In this document: piece after piece, positions 30,930 to 45,579 of the stretch
How positions within the stretch are numbered: the first letter of the stretch is position 1
Layout: every line of letters starts with the position of its first letter
Origin: the human T2T-CHM13v2.0 reference genome, Homo sapiens
Assembly: GCF_009914755.1 (NCBI RefSeq)
Contig: NC_060926.1
Direction: 5' to 3' (one strand)
DNA: 64,000 nt
Position numbers and translations under genes: made by a program
Notes under the pieces: model-generated
Databases searched by the model: none
What the model was told of the DNA's origin: nothing
Seen by the model: only the letters and a program-made list of their open reading frames with translations

Positions 30930-32160
30930 CCACTGTCATCAACACCAAATATTTACTGAGTGTCTGTTATATGCCAGCCCTTGTTCTAGGCACTTGGGAT
31001 TCACCAGTATACAATGGAGACAAAAATCCCTGCCCTGGAGCAGCTTACATTCTAGCATGGCAAACAGGCAGTAAACAGTGAGTATAATAAATGTTGAAGG
31101 CAGTAAGTTCTGGAGGAGAACAGAACCGGGTCATGGGGATCAGGAGTGCCTGAGTGGGAGATGGTTGAGTTTGTGATTTTTAAATAGTTTAGTAGGCTTC
31201 GTTGAGAAGGTGACATTTGGCACAAACTTAAAGGAGGTGAGGAAGTTATCCATGCAAGGATCTGGGGAAGAGTATGCCAAGCAGGAGGACCACACATGCA
31301 AATGCTATTACACAGAACCATGCCTGGGGAGTTCAAGACACAGTGAGCAAACGACAGCTTCAGGGGTGGACGGGAAACAGGCTTGCAGAACACTTGGGAT
31401 GACCATAGGGGCTTTGACCACTGCAGAGTTCTAGCAGAAGAGTGTGTCAAAGTCAAAACATGGAGACAAATCTCTGAAATTTGGAAATCTTATTTGGAAA
31501 GAAAGAATTGCAACTTGGGACATACATGCAGACTGGGTGGTCTTCGGTATGTCTGCAGAACAAAGAGAAGCTTAGAGGTTTCATTGTAAAAAGAGAAATG
31601 TTATGTTTTGCTCTCAGGAAGTTCATTGGCACTAGTAAGGTTTTGAGGAGCTGACAAGTTTTGATTGGTAAGTGACAGCAATGGGTTAAACTATTCTTAG
31701 AGTTTTGGGAGATTGTTTCAGTAGCTATAGATAGGACTGGTTTCAGGTTATAGCAGGTAGTTTCAGCAGCCAGGCTTGCAGAGAATTTTTACATTCTTGG
31801 AGCAATGTTTCGTGTCCTAAGTGCCTTACCCTCTGCCCTCTCAAATCTATTTTAATTGGGTATGACAAGAATGACCCAAATGGTACGATCAACTTTCACA
31901 AGTGACATGATTCAACTTTTTCTGATTTCAAAGGCCCATTCTGGCTGCTGTATTGAGAAGAGAATGTGGTGGACAGATATAGAAGCATGGAAACCTGATA
32001 GGGCTATTGCAATCACTCAGAAAAGAGGCGATGGCAGCTTGGACCTGTTGGAAGCAGTAGAGTGGTAAGAAGCGATTTCATTCTGGCTATGTTTTAAAAA
32101 TAGAACCAACAGGATTGGCTGAGAGATTGGATGGATTTTAAGAGAAAGAATGTCTGAGGG
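30930..32160 (-). mobile_element. L2 interrupted by an LTR-like insert (~31445-31900)
   Basis: aaatatttactgagtgtctgttatatgccag and tccctgccctggagcagcttacattctag L2 motifs. Confidence 0.65.
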
Positions 32161-32564
32161 TTTTGTTTTGTTTTGCTTTCACAAACTAAAATGATGAGGA
32201 TTTTTTCTTCTTTTTTTAAGTCTAAGCAACATGCTTACACACATATTCCAACTCATCACACTGTGTCATAAATTTCTTTTCTACCTCTTCTACTTTGTGC
32301 TAAGCTAAGGGCAGACCTTGTGTTGTATTCACCTTTACATTCCCAATGCCTACTGCAGCGTTCAATAAATATTTGTTGAGTAAATGAACATTAAGTGTGG
32401 CAGATGTGAATTCACATTGGACCCAACACTGTCCTTATCATCTCCCTCCTAAGATACGTTTTGCCTCAAGTATGAAAGTCCATTTGCTGATCTCTGCAGA
32501 GAGGCTGAGTTCAGGCTCCACTTGCTGACCTTCCTTTCAGGACTTTATTCATTTTCTATTACTG

Positions 32565-32579
32565 TGTGTGATATTGTGA

Positions 32580-32616
<37 letters not shown>

Positions 32617-33460
32617 GTCTTCATTCTTGTTTCCTGGCATACAGCTCCTAAAATCCTTGGAATCTCAAGTGATTGATAAGAATGACTTTTGTATGCTAAT
32701 GAGATGACTGCAGGTCCCTAGGACAGGGACTGGCCACAGGAAATGCCAGGGCATGATTTGACTTTCAGCCCTACTCTCCAGCTTCCAGGGAGGAGAAAGG
32801 ACCTGAAGGTTAATTTGATCACCAATGGCCAATGATGTAATCAGTTATGCCTATGTAATGAAGCTTCCGTAAAAACCAAAAGGATTGGGTTTGATTGAGC
32901 TTCTGGATAGCTAAACATGTGGAAGTTCCTGGAGGATGGTGGTCCTAAACAGGGTATGGAAGCTCCATGCCCTTTCCTATATGCCTTACACTATCCATCT
33001 ATTCCACCTGGCTGTTTAACTGTATCCTTTGTAATATCCTTTATAATAAGTGGGTAAAAGTAAGTAAAGTGTTTATCTGAGTTCTCTGAGCAGTTCTAGA
33101 AAATTAATCAAACCTAAGGAGGGGGTTGTTGGAATTCCTGATTTATAGCCAGTTCTTCAGAGGTATAGGTGACAACCTGCTATTTGTGACTGGCATTGGA
33201 AGTAGGAAGAAGTCTTATGGGACTGAGCCCTCAACCTATGGAGGCTGATGCTACATCCAGGTAGGTAAGTGTCAAAATTAAATTGAATTAGAGGACACCC
33301 AGTTGTTGTCTGCTGCAGAATTCATTGGTGTATAGGAAAAAGGTCTCCCTCACCCCAACTCTGGTGTCAGAGTATTGAATGTATTGTTTAGTGAACAGAG
33401 GTGGTCTGTATTGAGAGTTAAGGTGGGAAAAACACTCTGTTTTGTCCCATATCTTACACC
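32565..33460. mobile_element. MER21-type LTR with (TG)n
   Basis: tgtgatattgtga...cagctcctaaatccttggaatctc, caccaatggccaatgatgtaatca. Confidence 0.7.
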
Positions 33461-34340
33461 ATGTAACAGATTACCACAAATGTAGTCACTTAAAACAATA
33501 CACATTTATTATCTCACATTTTCCATGGATCGGGAATCCAAGCACAATTAAGCTGGGTCCTCTGTTATAATCTCACAAGACTGCAATCAATGTGTAAGGC
33601 TGTGTTTTCATCTGGAGGCTCAAATGGGGAAGAATCTGCTTCCAAGCTCATTCAGGTTGTGGGCAGAGTTCATTTCCTTGTGGTTTTGGGACTGAGGGTT
33701 CCAGATTTTTGCTGGCTGTTGGCTGGAGGCTTTTCCTAGAGGCCACTGCAGTTCTTTGTTCTGTGAGCTTCTCCAGCACGTCCACTTCATCAAGCCACAG
33801 GAGAGTCTTTAACTTGCTAAAAAATGTTATATACACAGTGACATGTTTTGGCTGTGTGCCCACCCAAATCTTGAATTGTAGCTCCCATAATTCCCACATG
33901 TCATGGGAGGGACCCAGTGGGAGGTAATTGAATCATGAGGGTGGGTCTTTCCCGTGCTGTTCTCGTGGTAGTGAATATGACCCATGAGATCTGATGGTTT
34001 TATAAAGGGAAGTTCCCCTGCACAGGCTCTCTTGCCTGCTGCCATGTAAGATGTGCCTTTGCTCCTCCTTTGTCTTCTGCCATGATTGTGAGGCCTCCCC
34101 AGCCATGTGGAACTGTGAGTCAATTAAACTTCTTTCCTTTATAAATTACTCAGTCTCATGTATGTCTTTATGAGCAGTGTGAGAACAGATTAATATACGT
34201 AGTAATCACAGGAGTGACATCCTCATCCCCTTTGCTTTATTATATTAGTTAGAAGCAAGTCACAGGTCACACCCACACTCAAGGGGAGTGGATTACACAA
34301 AGGCCTGAACACTAGGAGGTGGAAGTCATGGTGGGGGGGT
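33460..34340 (-). mobile_element. MLT1 LTR interrupted by THE1
   Basis: ttaaaacaatacacatttattatctcac and tctgcttccaagctcattcaggttgt. Confidence 0.7.
33839..34197 (+). mobile_element. THE1B/C solo LTR
   Basis: tgacatgttttggctgtgt...gatctgatggttttataa...gagaacagattaatata. Confidence 0.9.
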
Positions 34341-34431
34341 GTCAAAATGACTTTCATCATTAGAAATGTGTTTGTTTGTTTCCTATCCCAACAATTTTGA
34401 CCCCACGTTAGTTCTGGTACAGCATGACCCC

Positions 34432-34900
34432 CAGACCTGGGTTGTCCAATATGGTAGCCACTGGTCCCATATATGGCTAGTGTGACTGAAGAACTGAGTT
34501 TATAATTTTTAAAAAATTTTAATGAATTTAAATTTAAATTGGTACTCCATTCGGTTATTGGAAAAATGTTTGTGTTTTTAGAACAGCTTGGGTATATAAA
34601 TCTACTTTTTCAACTGTACATTTTATGAAATCTAGACACTGATAGGTATCTCCATTGAAAATTCAGTGTTCAAATTGAGATGTGCCTTTCGCTGTAAAAT
34701 ACAGACCAGTTTTCAAAGACTTGGTATGAAAAAAATAAAGCATCTCCTTAATAATTTAAAAACGAGTTACATGTTGAAATGATAACATCCCCTATATGTT
34801 GGGATAAGTAAATATATTATTAAAAACAATTCCATGTTTTTGTTTTTATTTTTTAAAAAACAGGTTACCAGAAAATTTAAAGTTACGCCAGTCACTCCCA
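34432..34900. mobile_element. MER3/MER33-type hAT-Charlie element
   Basis: tgtccaatatggtagccact terminus and caaattgagatgtgc motif. Confidence 0.6.
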
Positions 34901-35213
34901 TTCTATTGCTGAGAGAAAATACAGAGCGGTGAAGAGCTTACAGTCGGGTGAGCAAGATACGCCCCCAATGTTAGCTAATGATGTAAGGCATCAACAAGAA
35001 ATGTGGGGGTTCAGGAAAGTGGAAGGTGGGGTCGTCCAAAGCCTGGGAAAGTCTTCAGTTGAAGGCGAGACAGATGGGACTATTAGTGAGTTTCGAGAGA
35101 TCCAACGCCTCGCCGCCTTCGCTTCATTTTTGTCTCACGCCCCACCCTTGAACGCGCGGCGCCTTTTGACCCCGCCGCCGCGCCGTAGACCGCGCTGCAC
35201 GCCGGCGGCAGCC

Positions 35214-35384
35214 ATGGCGGATGTGTCAGAGAGGACACTGCAGTTGTCCGTGCTAGTAGCCTTCGCTTCTGGAGTACTCCTGGGCTGGCAGGCGAACCGA
35301 CTGCGGAGGCGCTACTTGGACTGGAGGAAAAGGAGGCTGCAGGACAAGCTGGCGGCGACGCAGAAGAAGCTGGACCTGGCCTGA
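35214..35384 (+). CDS. MTLN: Mitoregulin (MTLN/LINC00116/MOXI), 56-aa mitochondrial microprotein
   Basis: MADVSERTLQLSVLVAFASGVLLGWQANRLRRRYLDWRKRRLQDKLAATQKKLDLA recognised. Strong Kozak gcagccATGG, single hydrophobic helix plus basic tail, small CpG island. Confidence 0.98.
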   Translation: MADVSERTLQLSVLVAFASGVLLGWQANRLRRRYLDWRKRRLQDKLAATQKKLDLA

Positions 35385-36215
35385 GACTCTGCGCCTTCCG
35401 CCCCATTCTGTCCCCCTCATGGCCACCTTGCCATGTCCGCGCCGGAGCCCCGGTCCGCCGGCGCCCAGAACCAGGCTTGCCACACAGTCCCCGCCTGCCA
35501 TGGCCGGCTCTTCCTGGAGTGTTGGTGAGCAGTACACATAGTGACATTGCAAAGGGAGACTTTGGGGTCGGGCGGATATCTTAGGATCAACTCTGGCTAG
35601 GTCGCAGAAGACAGGACTTGTTCCCACAGACACCAGAAGGTGGAAGTTTTGTCTTCCCTGATAACTTGCTCTTCGGTATCTTGGTTTGGTTCACTGGGTG
35701 TTTAATGAGAATGTCTTACCAACGTGCTATGTCGTCGTTCATCCTGACAACATTAAACATCAGTATAGAAAATACTGGAAAGAACAAAAGAAAAAAAGAA
35801 CCAGGGAGGTGATCTTGCCACCCCCAATTCTTTTCAGTAACATCCTTGTTAGCACATCTTCGCCTTGGCGATTGTAAACTCCAAACTGAATTCTTAGGTT
35901 GTTGGCAGCCTGGTAAAGTGGAAAGAGCAGTGGCCTGGAAGTCAGGAACCTTGCATCCAGTCTTAGCTCTTCAGAAGAGCTGTGCATGATCAATTTTCAG
36001 GACCTCAGTTTTCTTGTCGTAAACCAGATCTTATGGTTCATGGTTTAATACCACAGTACGGCTTGAAGTTTCAGATTGTGTATTTCTAATTTTTTTCTCT
36101 TTTCTGTTTCTAACAGCTTGTTGAAGATGCATATAGACTACCGGAAAGAAATGACTTCTTCTTGCACTTTATGAATCAATTTTATTTTTAAAATAAAAAA
36201 ATTAAACATCTTTGA
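35385..36215 (+). other. MTLN: MTLN 3' UTR with intron 35525-36116, last exon from 36117 and polyA signals
   Basis: Donor ttg|gtgagc, acceptor ttttctgtttctaacag|, AATAAA at 36192-36197, ATTAAA at 36201-36206. Confidence 0.8.
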
Positions 36216-36494
36216 CCCTTTTATTTTTTCATAAGGGGAAGTATCATGTTTTTCTTGCACCTTACTGCATCAAGAGATCTGCATTTTCAAAACTGACTTA
36301 CTAGTGTTTTTGAGCAGATGTGTTATGTAACTCGTGCCCCTTCTTTGGTACAGGCACAAAGCAGACTTGGCCGTGGGACCATTATGGGTTCTTTTACCGA
36401 ACTTTTTGGAAAGCAGGGGGCTGTGTAAACATAACTGAGGTAAGGGTGCTATATGTAAGACCTTTGAACTTCCAAGAGTAACAGTGTATTCCTT

Positions 36495-37196
<702 letters not shown>

Positions 37197-38709
37197 TGAA
37201 CAGAGCTTAGTGATAAATCCTACCTATATCTAAAAATCAAGAGTGAGTGCCTGGTTCCTTTGATTTGCAAGGAGTGTTTCTAGAACACCACCCTTGCTCA
37301 TTCCTACAAAGATTAATTCCGTGTCTCAACCTCATGTTAACATAGGAAAGTTGTTTCCACATGAAGCACCCGCCACCGTCCCCCCATTTTAGTGGGGCTA
37401 TTATGCCTTATTACCTCCAACTTTGTTTTCATTCTGCGAATGTAGTAGTCAAGGATTGAAATGGTTCCTGGAGCTCAGTCCCATCTGGGCCGCAGTTTGC
37501 TGAAGCTTCCTAGTGTCCACCCCTAATTGAGGCTCCAAGAGTTGAGACTCTTTGAGACAAGGTAGGTTTCTTGAGGGACATATTACCCCCAAACTGTTGG
37601 AATGTGCCTGGTTAAGCATCTGGATTGTGACTGGCCTAGTTCTGCCTGTTTGGACCCATTCTTGTGCCATGTTCCTGGTGGACCTGGTCCTTCCAATGTT
37701 GATTCTTTCTTTCTCATTGCTTATGTACAGCACCCTGACACAGTCATGCCCCTCTCCTGTCTCTCCTCTAGGTATCCCTGCCTCTGGGCATGTGTTACTT
37801 CCGAGTCCTGTCCATATCCTTATGGGATTTTTAGCCACTCTGTGCTGCTCCTAATTTTCTAGTTTTCTGCTTACTACCTTTTTACACTGTGACTGTACTC
37901 CCCAGTTCTGTAGTGGGCAGTTACCTTTGACGTTACCTCTGTCACTTTTTCTACCTTTGCTCTACTTAAATGTGGTAGTTTTTTCCCCCCCAAAATACTG
38001 TGGAGATAGTACTTTTCCTACGTTAGCCAAAACTGGAAATGGAAAGTTGGGAGCCAGGAGTCAGTGCCAGTCATAACTTGGAAATGACACACTGTTGACT
38101 CCTTGAATCTATATTCCCCCACCTCCATTTTTCACTGCCATTTAGTCATGGCATCTACATGTCTTGGCCCACTTTTACTACCCTACCCTGCCTCCTTTTC
38201 TCCCCCAATATGGGCTTCCCAGACCACCTGTTCTATTCCACATTGCTTCAGCCATACTCCGGACCTTATCATCAACAGGCTTGGACTTTTTTATATTGTA
38301 CTTGTCTGTTTAGTCTCGGGGTAACGCCACCTCATTAGGACAGCTTACATCCTCTACATCTCCTATAGAACTGCCCACTCTGGAGACTATTAGTTGTCTC
38401 ACCCTTCCAGTTAACCTCATAAGTCATCCTGGGCTCCCTGGTCAGATTAGACTCCATCCCTTCTTGTACATTTACCTTCACCACTGCTTTTGCTCTTTTG
38501 AGCCACTGAACTTGAAAGAAAGACTTCACCTTTCTCACTTGGCTCACTACAAATTCGTTCTATTGTGACTGCATCTGTCTCATTTCTTAGCACCTGAGTT
38601 CCTGAAACTCCCAGTTTTCTTGATGCCTTTCATTCCTAGTAGATCAACCATATGAGAAGATAAAGGCTGTTAGCTGGGAATTCCTTCATCCTACTCAATA
38701 GTTTTGTCT

Positions 38710-38890
38710 AGAGCAGTAGTTTTCAACAGGGCTACACATTATAATCATCTAGGGAGCTTTAAAAATACTAATTCTTGCATGCCACTGTCCAGACATTTTG
38801 ATTCATGTCATTTGGAATATGGCCTGGGTATTAGAATTTTTAGTTCTTCAGGTGATTGTGATGGTCACCTGAGGTTGAAAACTACTGTTT
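38710..38890. mobile_element. MER5-like element
   Basis: gcagtagttttcaac...ttcttcaggtgattgtgat...ttgaaaactactg. Confidence 0.65.
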
Positions 38891-39074
38891 TTGAAGCTCT
38901 GTCTCATTAGGTTTCCTTTACCAGGAGAGAAGACACACGGGCCCTTTCCAAGGCTGTCTCCTCTTTGGCCTCTGCAGAATTCTGCATCTCCCTCAGGACC
39001 TTTCTTGTTCTCCAGTACATCATCTCTGTTGCGTCTGCAGTCTCTGCCTGCTTTCTATTTACAAATGCATATTT

Positions 39075-39254
39075 TTTCTTTTCTTTTTTTTTTTTTTTTT
39101 TTTTTGAGACGGAGTCTCACTCTGTCCCCCAGGCTGGAGTGCAGTGGTGTGATGTTGGCTCACTGCAACCTGTGCCTCCCGGGTTCAAGCGATTCTTGTG
39201 CCTCAGCCTCCCCGAGTAGCTGGGATAACAGGTGCCTGCCACCATGCCTGGCTA
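39075..39254 (-). mobile_element. Alu right arm
   Basis: Poly-T plus Alu core. Confidence 0.88.
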
Positions 39255-39844
39255 ACAAATGCATGGATTTTGACTTAAAATTTATTTTAGTTGATGTTAT
39301 CATTTGCCAATATTTTCTTTCCAAATATTTTGCCCATTGGTCTGCTGTGATCTGCCCTCTGCACCTTCCAGAAACATTAATATCTATGGCTCTTCTGAAT
39401 CCTCACATTTTACCTTGAGGGTATTTGATGAGGCCACTTTGTCCCTTGAAATTCTCCTTCCCTTGCTTCTCTAATACAAAAGTTTATTGAGTTTCCAAAC
39501 TGCTACTATTGCTGCCTTTCTCAAGTTCCTCAAACTTTTGCCTTGGTTCTCTGCCCTGTCCTCTCCTGTGATTACCCTAGCCATTCTCTTGGCTTAACTA
39601 GCACATCCAAGCAGAGCCCCCTCCCTCTGATCCTTTCCTTCAATTCCAGCTTCACCCTTTCAGCTGTCTAGTGGACATATTCAATGCATGACCTTACTGT
39701 AGAGCTCAGTGTATTTAATCATAAGCTGTTCATTTGGCGGGGAATTCTGTACACCAGGTAGCACTTCTGTGGTAAGTGGTTGGTACAATTTTCATGTTTC
39801 TAGTCTATTACTGTAGCTTGGAAGCTCTTTGAGAGCAGTATTAA

Positions 39845-40267
<423 letters not shown>

Positions 40268-40707
40268 GAATTTTCTTTTAAGGCCCTAAAACTGCACACT
40301 TTCTCTATTCTCTTTGCTATAATCTTTTTATTGATTCCAAGTCGTCTTGTTCCACTGGTTCTGTCTACATTATGAGTCTCTTGGAAGCTGTTAAATTCTT
40401 TTTCAGTATGACCTGTGAGGAAGCAATTCAAAATTGTTACTCATTTTAACACACTGATAGAAATCATGATGAGTTTTATGAAGTAGCTTGCTCTCAGGAG
40501 AAACATTGGCCATGGTTTGCTTTAGTTTCTTTTGGCTACCTCACTGCAGATCTCTCTTGTTTTAGGTTATGTTGTTTTTTATAATGGCATCAAGGTATAA
40601 CTACAGAGGAGCAATGACTAGTATTAATGTGACTGTCCTGAATATTACAGTTATTAGTGAAAAATCATTAGCTGAGTAATCATATCATTTATAGCACACT
40701 GAATACC

Positions 40708-40860
40708 TCAGTGGTACTTCTCAAACTTGAATGTGCACATGAAACACTGGGGTATTGTTAAAATACAGATTCTGATTCTCCTAGGACTGTGGTGGGGCTG
40801 AAAATGTGAAAATGTGCATTTCTAACAAGGTCCCAGGTGGTGATGATGCTGATCTAGGAA
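40708..40860. mobile_element. MER5A
   Basis: cagtggtacttctcaaacttgaatgtgca...cagattctgattc...tgcatttctaacaag. Confidence 0.7.
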
Positions 40861-41339
40861 TCGCAAGTAATGAATACTTGTAACCGAAACAATATGATGC
40901 AAAAATGTATAAAGTCAAACATCTTCACACCTGAGGTGAATGAGTAATACACTTTTTTTGCACCTTTCCTTATTGTTCATATATTCACACATATTTAGGG
41001 GGGGTTATTAGTTTATTTTTACCAACAGAATTAAACTGTATCCATGATGCTATTAACTTTTCCATTTAAAATGTGGAAATCCCTATAAATAAGTAGATGC
41101 AGAATAATTTTTTCTAATTTATTTGTAGACTGAGAATTTCATAAGTAATAGCTGTATTTTAGAGCAATTTTTTTCGTTTTGCTCATCTCATCACCTGTAA
41201 TTATTGATTTAATAATCCACTTAGAAATATTTTATAGCATTTTCTCATTTGTTGTAAAGATTTTTAATGGAAATCCTATGTTTGACTATTTAAGTGAACT
41301 AATTATCATAAGCCATAATAGAGAAATTAATTCAAAATA

Positions 41340-42000
41340 AGACATGAATTACAACAAAACAGACAATACCAAATCTTGCCAAGGACATAAAGAACAAAAA
41401 CTCATACACTGCTGATAGGGTATAAATTAGTACCATTTTGGGAAACCAGGTAGTAGTATCTACTAAAGCTGACGTATAACATGCCTGTGACTCAGCAGTG
41501 TTATGTGTTTGCCAGAAGACTTGCACCAGGACGTTCTTAGCAGCGCTATTTATACTAGCCCTAAGCTGGAAACTGCCCACTTACCCAGCAACAGTAGAAT
41601 CAGTATGTTAGGGTATATCATATGTGAAATATCAGCAATGAGAATGAACAGACTACAGACACACACAGTATAGATGCATCTCACAAATGTGATATTTAAA
41701 GGACAGGAGAAGCCACCACACAGTGCATAATTTCATTGTATAGTACAAAAAAAGGCAACACAAGTTTGTGCTCTTATAAGTTAGGATATTGTTCACCTTT
41801 GGTGTGTGGTAGAGAAGTGAGAGGGTTGAGAGGTTGGGGGTAGGCAAGGACTAGAAAGACAGGAAGAGTGTGAGTGGGCAGATAATGTTCTGTTTCATAA
41901 TCTGGGTGCTGTTATGGGGTGGAGGGTTTTCAGAGCTGCACACAAAGTCTGTAGACTTTTCTCTGTATGTATTATACTTGAAGAAAAAAGTACATAAATA
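41340..42000 (+). mobile_element. L1ME 3' end
   Basis: ctcatacactgctg, ctggaaactgccca and gatgcatctcacaa motifs. Confidence 0.65.
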
Positions 42001-42539
42001 ATGGTTCATCCTGGCCTGTGGCTGTTCTGAAGAACATTCATTTGTATTAATGGGGTCCATCATTTGGAAGGTGAGCCCCAAGCATCATCATTCTTATTCA
42101 AGTTCAATTTTGGTGTAGTGGAGTTTTGGAATTGGATTCATGGGATGCAGTCCCATATGGGGGAAACATGACAACCTTCCTGAGAGTTGATGTAAACTGG
42201 GAATCATAATGAGAACTAATAATTTGCTCATAGATTTGCTGTAGAACAATTACCATCCTTACAGAATTCAGAATTGACAACGTGCAATATTAGAATGAAA
42301 TGAAACTTCAGTAGCCTAAATGGCAAAGAATTAAAAACTGCCTTTTGAAGTGACAGTATGGAACAGAACCATATATTCCATAGGAAAGCTATCCTTGGAG
42401 TTAATGAAAGAGTTTAAGATACTAAAATTGTATCTTAACATTAGCTTACAAAATTGGTATCAGAAAGCAAATGCCATAAAACAGGTATCCCAGCAAGAAG
42501 GTGGTGTTATTATTGATGTATTGTGGGGAATGTAGTTTC

Positions 42540-42773
42540 AGACGCCGGGGGACGTTCCCCTATCCTTAGGAATTGCCGAGGAAAAGTGACTCCCCCGGCT
42601 GTGACCTGCCTGGTGGCGTGGGATGACCACCGCAAGAGAACATTTGACCCTTCCCGGGACCGGCCCGGGCGGGGCGGGGCTGGGAGGCGGGCGCACATCG
42701 ATGGCGTCACCTTCTGGCGCCGCCGGTTGGTTTCCCTGGCAACTGGAGCAATCAGAGCACCGCAGCCAGGGAG
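42540..42773 (+). promoter_or_regulatory. NPHP1: NPHP1 CpG promoter/5' UTR with GC boxes and RFX X-box
   Basis: gggcggggcgggg at ~42667-42679; GTTTCCCTGGCAAC at 42730-42743 fits the X-box consensus. Confidence 0.85.
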
Positions 42774-42842
42774 ATGCTGGCGAGACGACAGCGAGATCCT
42801 CTCCAGGCCCTGCGGCGCCGCAATCAGGAGCTGAAGCAACAG
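42774..42842 (+). CDS. NPHP1: Nephrocystin-1 coding exon 1
   Basis: MLARRQRDPLQALRRRNQELKQQ recognised as the NPHP1 N-terminus; 69 nt, donor cag|gtatgg. Confidence 0.97.
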
Positions 42843-43780
42843 GTATGGTCAGGCTGTGCAGAGGGCCCTGGGGCGGGCGACAGGCGGACGCAGCTGCGCG
42901 CACTGCGCCTTCCCACCGTGACCCCACCTAATCCTGGGAGCTTGCCCCCAACCTACTTACCTTCCCAGGTTGTAACGCCCCCTTACCCCATAACATTCCA
43001 GCACCCAACCCCGATTCAAACCCCTCCTGATCCCAACTCAACCCCCAGCCAAAGGCGAAACCTCCCAAAATTCGTGACCATCAACTAAGCGCCCCCTCCT
43101 CCGACCCTCACTCCCACCTAACGTCTCAACCTCCTACCCTAACAACTCACTAACCCACCTTATCTCCCAATCTAAACTTAGTGGTGTAACCATTTCCAAC
43201 CCAACTCTGAGCCTAGCTCCTCTCCTCCACTTTCCAAGCCCATTTCCTTTCAGCCTTCCTCAAGTGGAGATTATTATTGCCTCCGTGAACTCAAGCGAAA
43301 TAGGTGTCAAGAAATAGTCTTAATATGCAAGAACATTAAGATCTGATAAATGAGCAAAGGAGGTGAACGAGAGAGGAAATACAAGTAACTCATAAACATA
43401 CGAGGAATGTTAACTTCAAAGATACTCAAGTAATTGCAAAGCACATAAGGTATCACAAAAATGTTAAAAATCACAACACTCTGTCTTGAGGAAGGTGTGA
43501 TGAAGCAGGCACATTCACTGCTCCCGTGTATAAGGTGCTTGTACAGCATTTCAGGAAAGCAGCTTGACAAGGTGTAACATATGTGTATGCACCTAGGCTC
43601 AAAAATTACATTTCCAGGGATCTGCTATGTGTAATAATTAGAAAGTAGGACAGAGATTGATGTATAAAAGTATTCATCACATTGTTACTTATATAATATA
43701 CACAGAACAGCATAGAAGGGAACAGGCTAATATGGTATTTCTGTGTGACAGGATGCTGATGATTATTATGATTTTCTTTA

Positions 43781-43960
<180 letters not shown>

Positions 43961-44309
43961 TTATTAAAAATAAGAAAAAAGTAAATAGCAACCAGTGGGT
44001 TTATTTTCTGACATTTTAATTTCACTTTAATTTTTTTCATGTGATCTATTACCAAGTATTTTTCCACTGAGTAAAATTATTTTATAATCTGAGGCCGGTA
44101 AGAGATTCACTGATGCTCATATTTTATCCATTTTTGTTCTCTTGTTTAAAGTAAAAAGGATTTGGAAGGTAAATATTTAGGTGACTGTGTATTGGAATCA
44201 CAGTGGTGCAACAAAAGCTAAATACTCTTCTGGTAGAAATAAAAAATAAAACTTGATGGGGCATTGACTTATGCTGAACTTCGGTGGATCTTAATATGGT
44301 TCTGTGTCT

Positions 44310-45070
44310 TATTTTAAAATTTCAACTTTTATTTTAGATTCAGGGGGTACATGTGCAGGTCTGTCACATGGGAACACTGTGTTATGCTGAGGTTTGGGGT
44401 ACAGATGAGCCTATCACACAAGCAGTGAGCACAGTACCCAATAGGCAGTCTTTCAGTCTTCATTCCTCTTCCCTCCCCCACCCCACTCCAGCAGTCACCA
44501 GTGTCCATTGCTCCCATCTTTATGTCCATGTGTACTCAACGAGTGAGAACATATGGTATTTGGTTTTCTGTTCCTATGCTAATTCACTTAGGACAATGGC
44601 CTCCAGCTCCATCCATGTTGCTGCAAAGGACATGATTTCATTCTTTTTTATGGTTGCATATTTTTTCATGGTGTATATGTACCACATTTTCTTTATCCAG
44701 TCCACCATTGGTGGGCATCTATGTTGATTCCATGTCTTTGCTATTGTGAATAGTGCTGTAGGGAACATACACATGCATGTGACATTTTGGTAGAATCATT
44801 TCTTTTTTGGGGGTATATACACGGAAATGGGATTTCTGGGTCAAATGATAGTTCTGTTTTACGTTGTTTGGGAAATCTCCAAACTGCTTTCCACAGTGGC
44901 TGAACTAATTTTCATGCCCACCAACAGTGTATATGTGTACTCTTTTCTTGTCAGCCTCACCAGAATCTGTCATTTCTTGATTTTTTAATAATAGCCATTT
45001 TGACCAGTGTGAGATGGTACCTCATTGTAGTTTTAATTTGCATTTCTCTGATGATTAGTCATGATGAGTT
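44310..45070 (-). mobile_element. Old L1PA/PB 3' end
   Basis: ORF2 C-terminal WYIYTMKKYATIK-like peptide and 3' UTR. Confidence 0.88.
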
Positions 45071-45579
45071 AATTTTAAATTTAGTGGGACATTAGGAGAA
45101 CCAGGAAAAGTTTTAGAAGGAAACTATAAAAATGATTATTAAAACAAACTATTAGAAAGATTATTCTCCCTGGAGAAATATTGGCTCTGGAGCCTTTTGA
45201 TACCTTGACTATCTGGAAAGTTTGTTTTGATAGTATTAGCTAATTCTTCCCTGTCTTCACAGAGGACACCTGAAGCTGAATATGGAACAGATTTTCTATT
45301 CGGTGTCTGTAGGACAAGTAATCAACAGCCCCTCTGAGTCAGGCCTGTGATGACTGGCTCTATCACTAGGTGTGTGAATTTTGTAAATAACACTCAGATG
45401 GATGCCAAATTGCAAGAGTAGAGAAGAAACTAATGGAATTTTCTCTTTTTTCATCCACTTTATCTTCTCTACGTAATCTATAGAAAACAGACCAAAGAAG
45501 TATGTGCCTTTTTGGAGAGTATATTGACAAAGTTACATATAGTGTTAGTAAACAAACTACTAAGTCAAGAGAAACAAAG

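Noticed and set aside
38891-39418. 175-aa ORF and similar Alu-containing ORFs (694, 36725, 40051, 47213)
   Set aside because: Driven by antisense Alu translation (LSPRLECSG, poly-F), a common artefact
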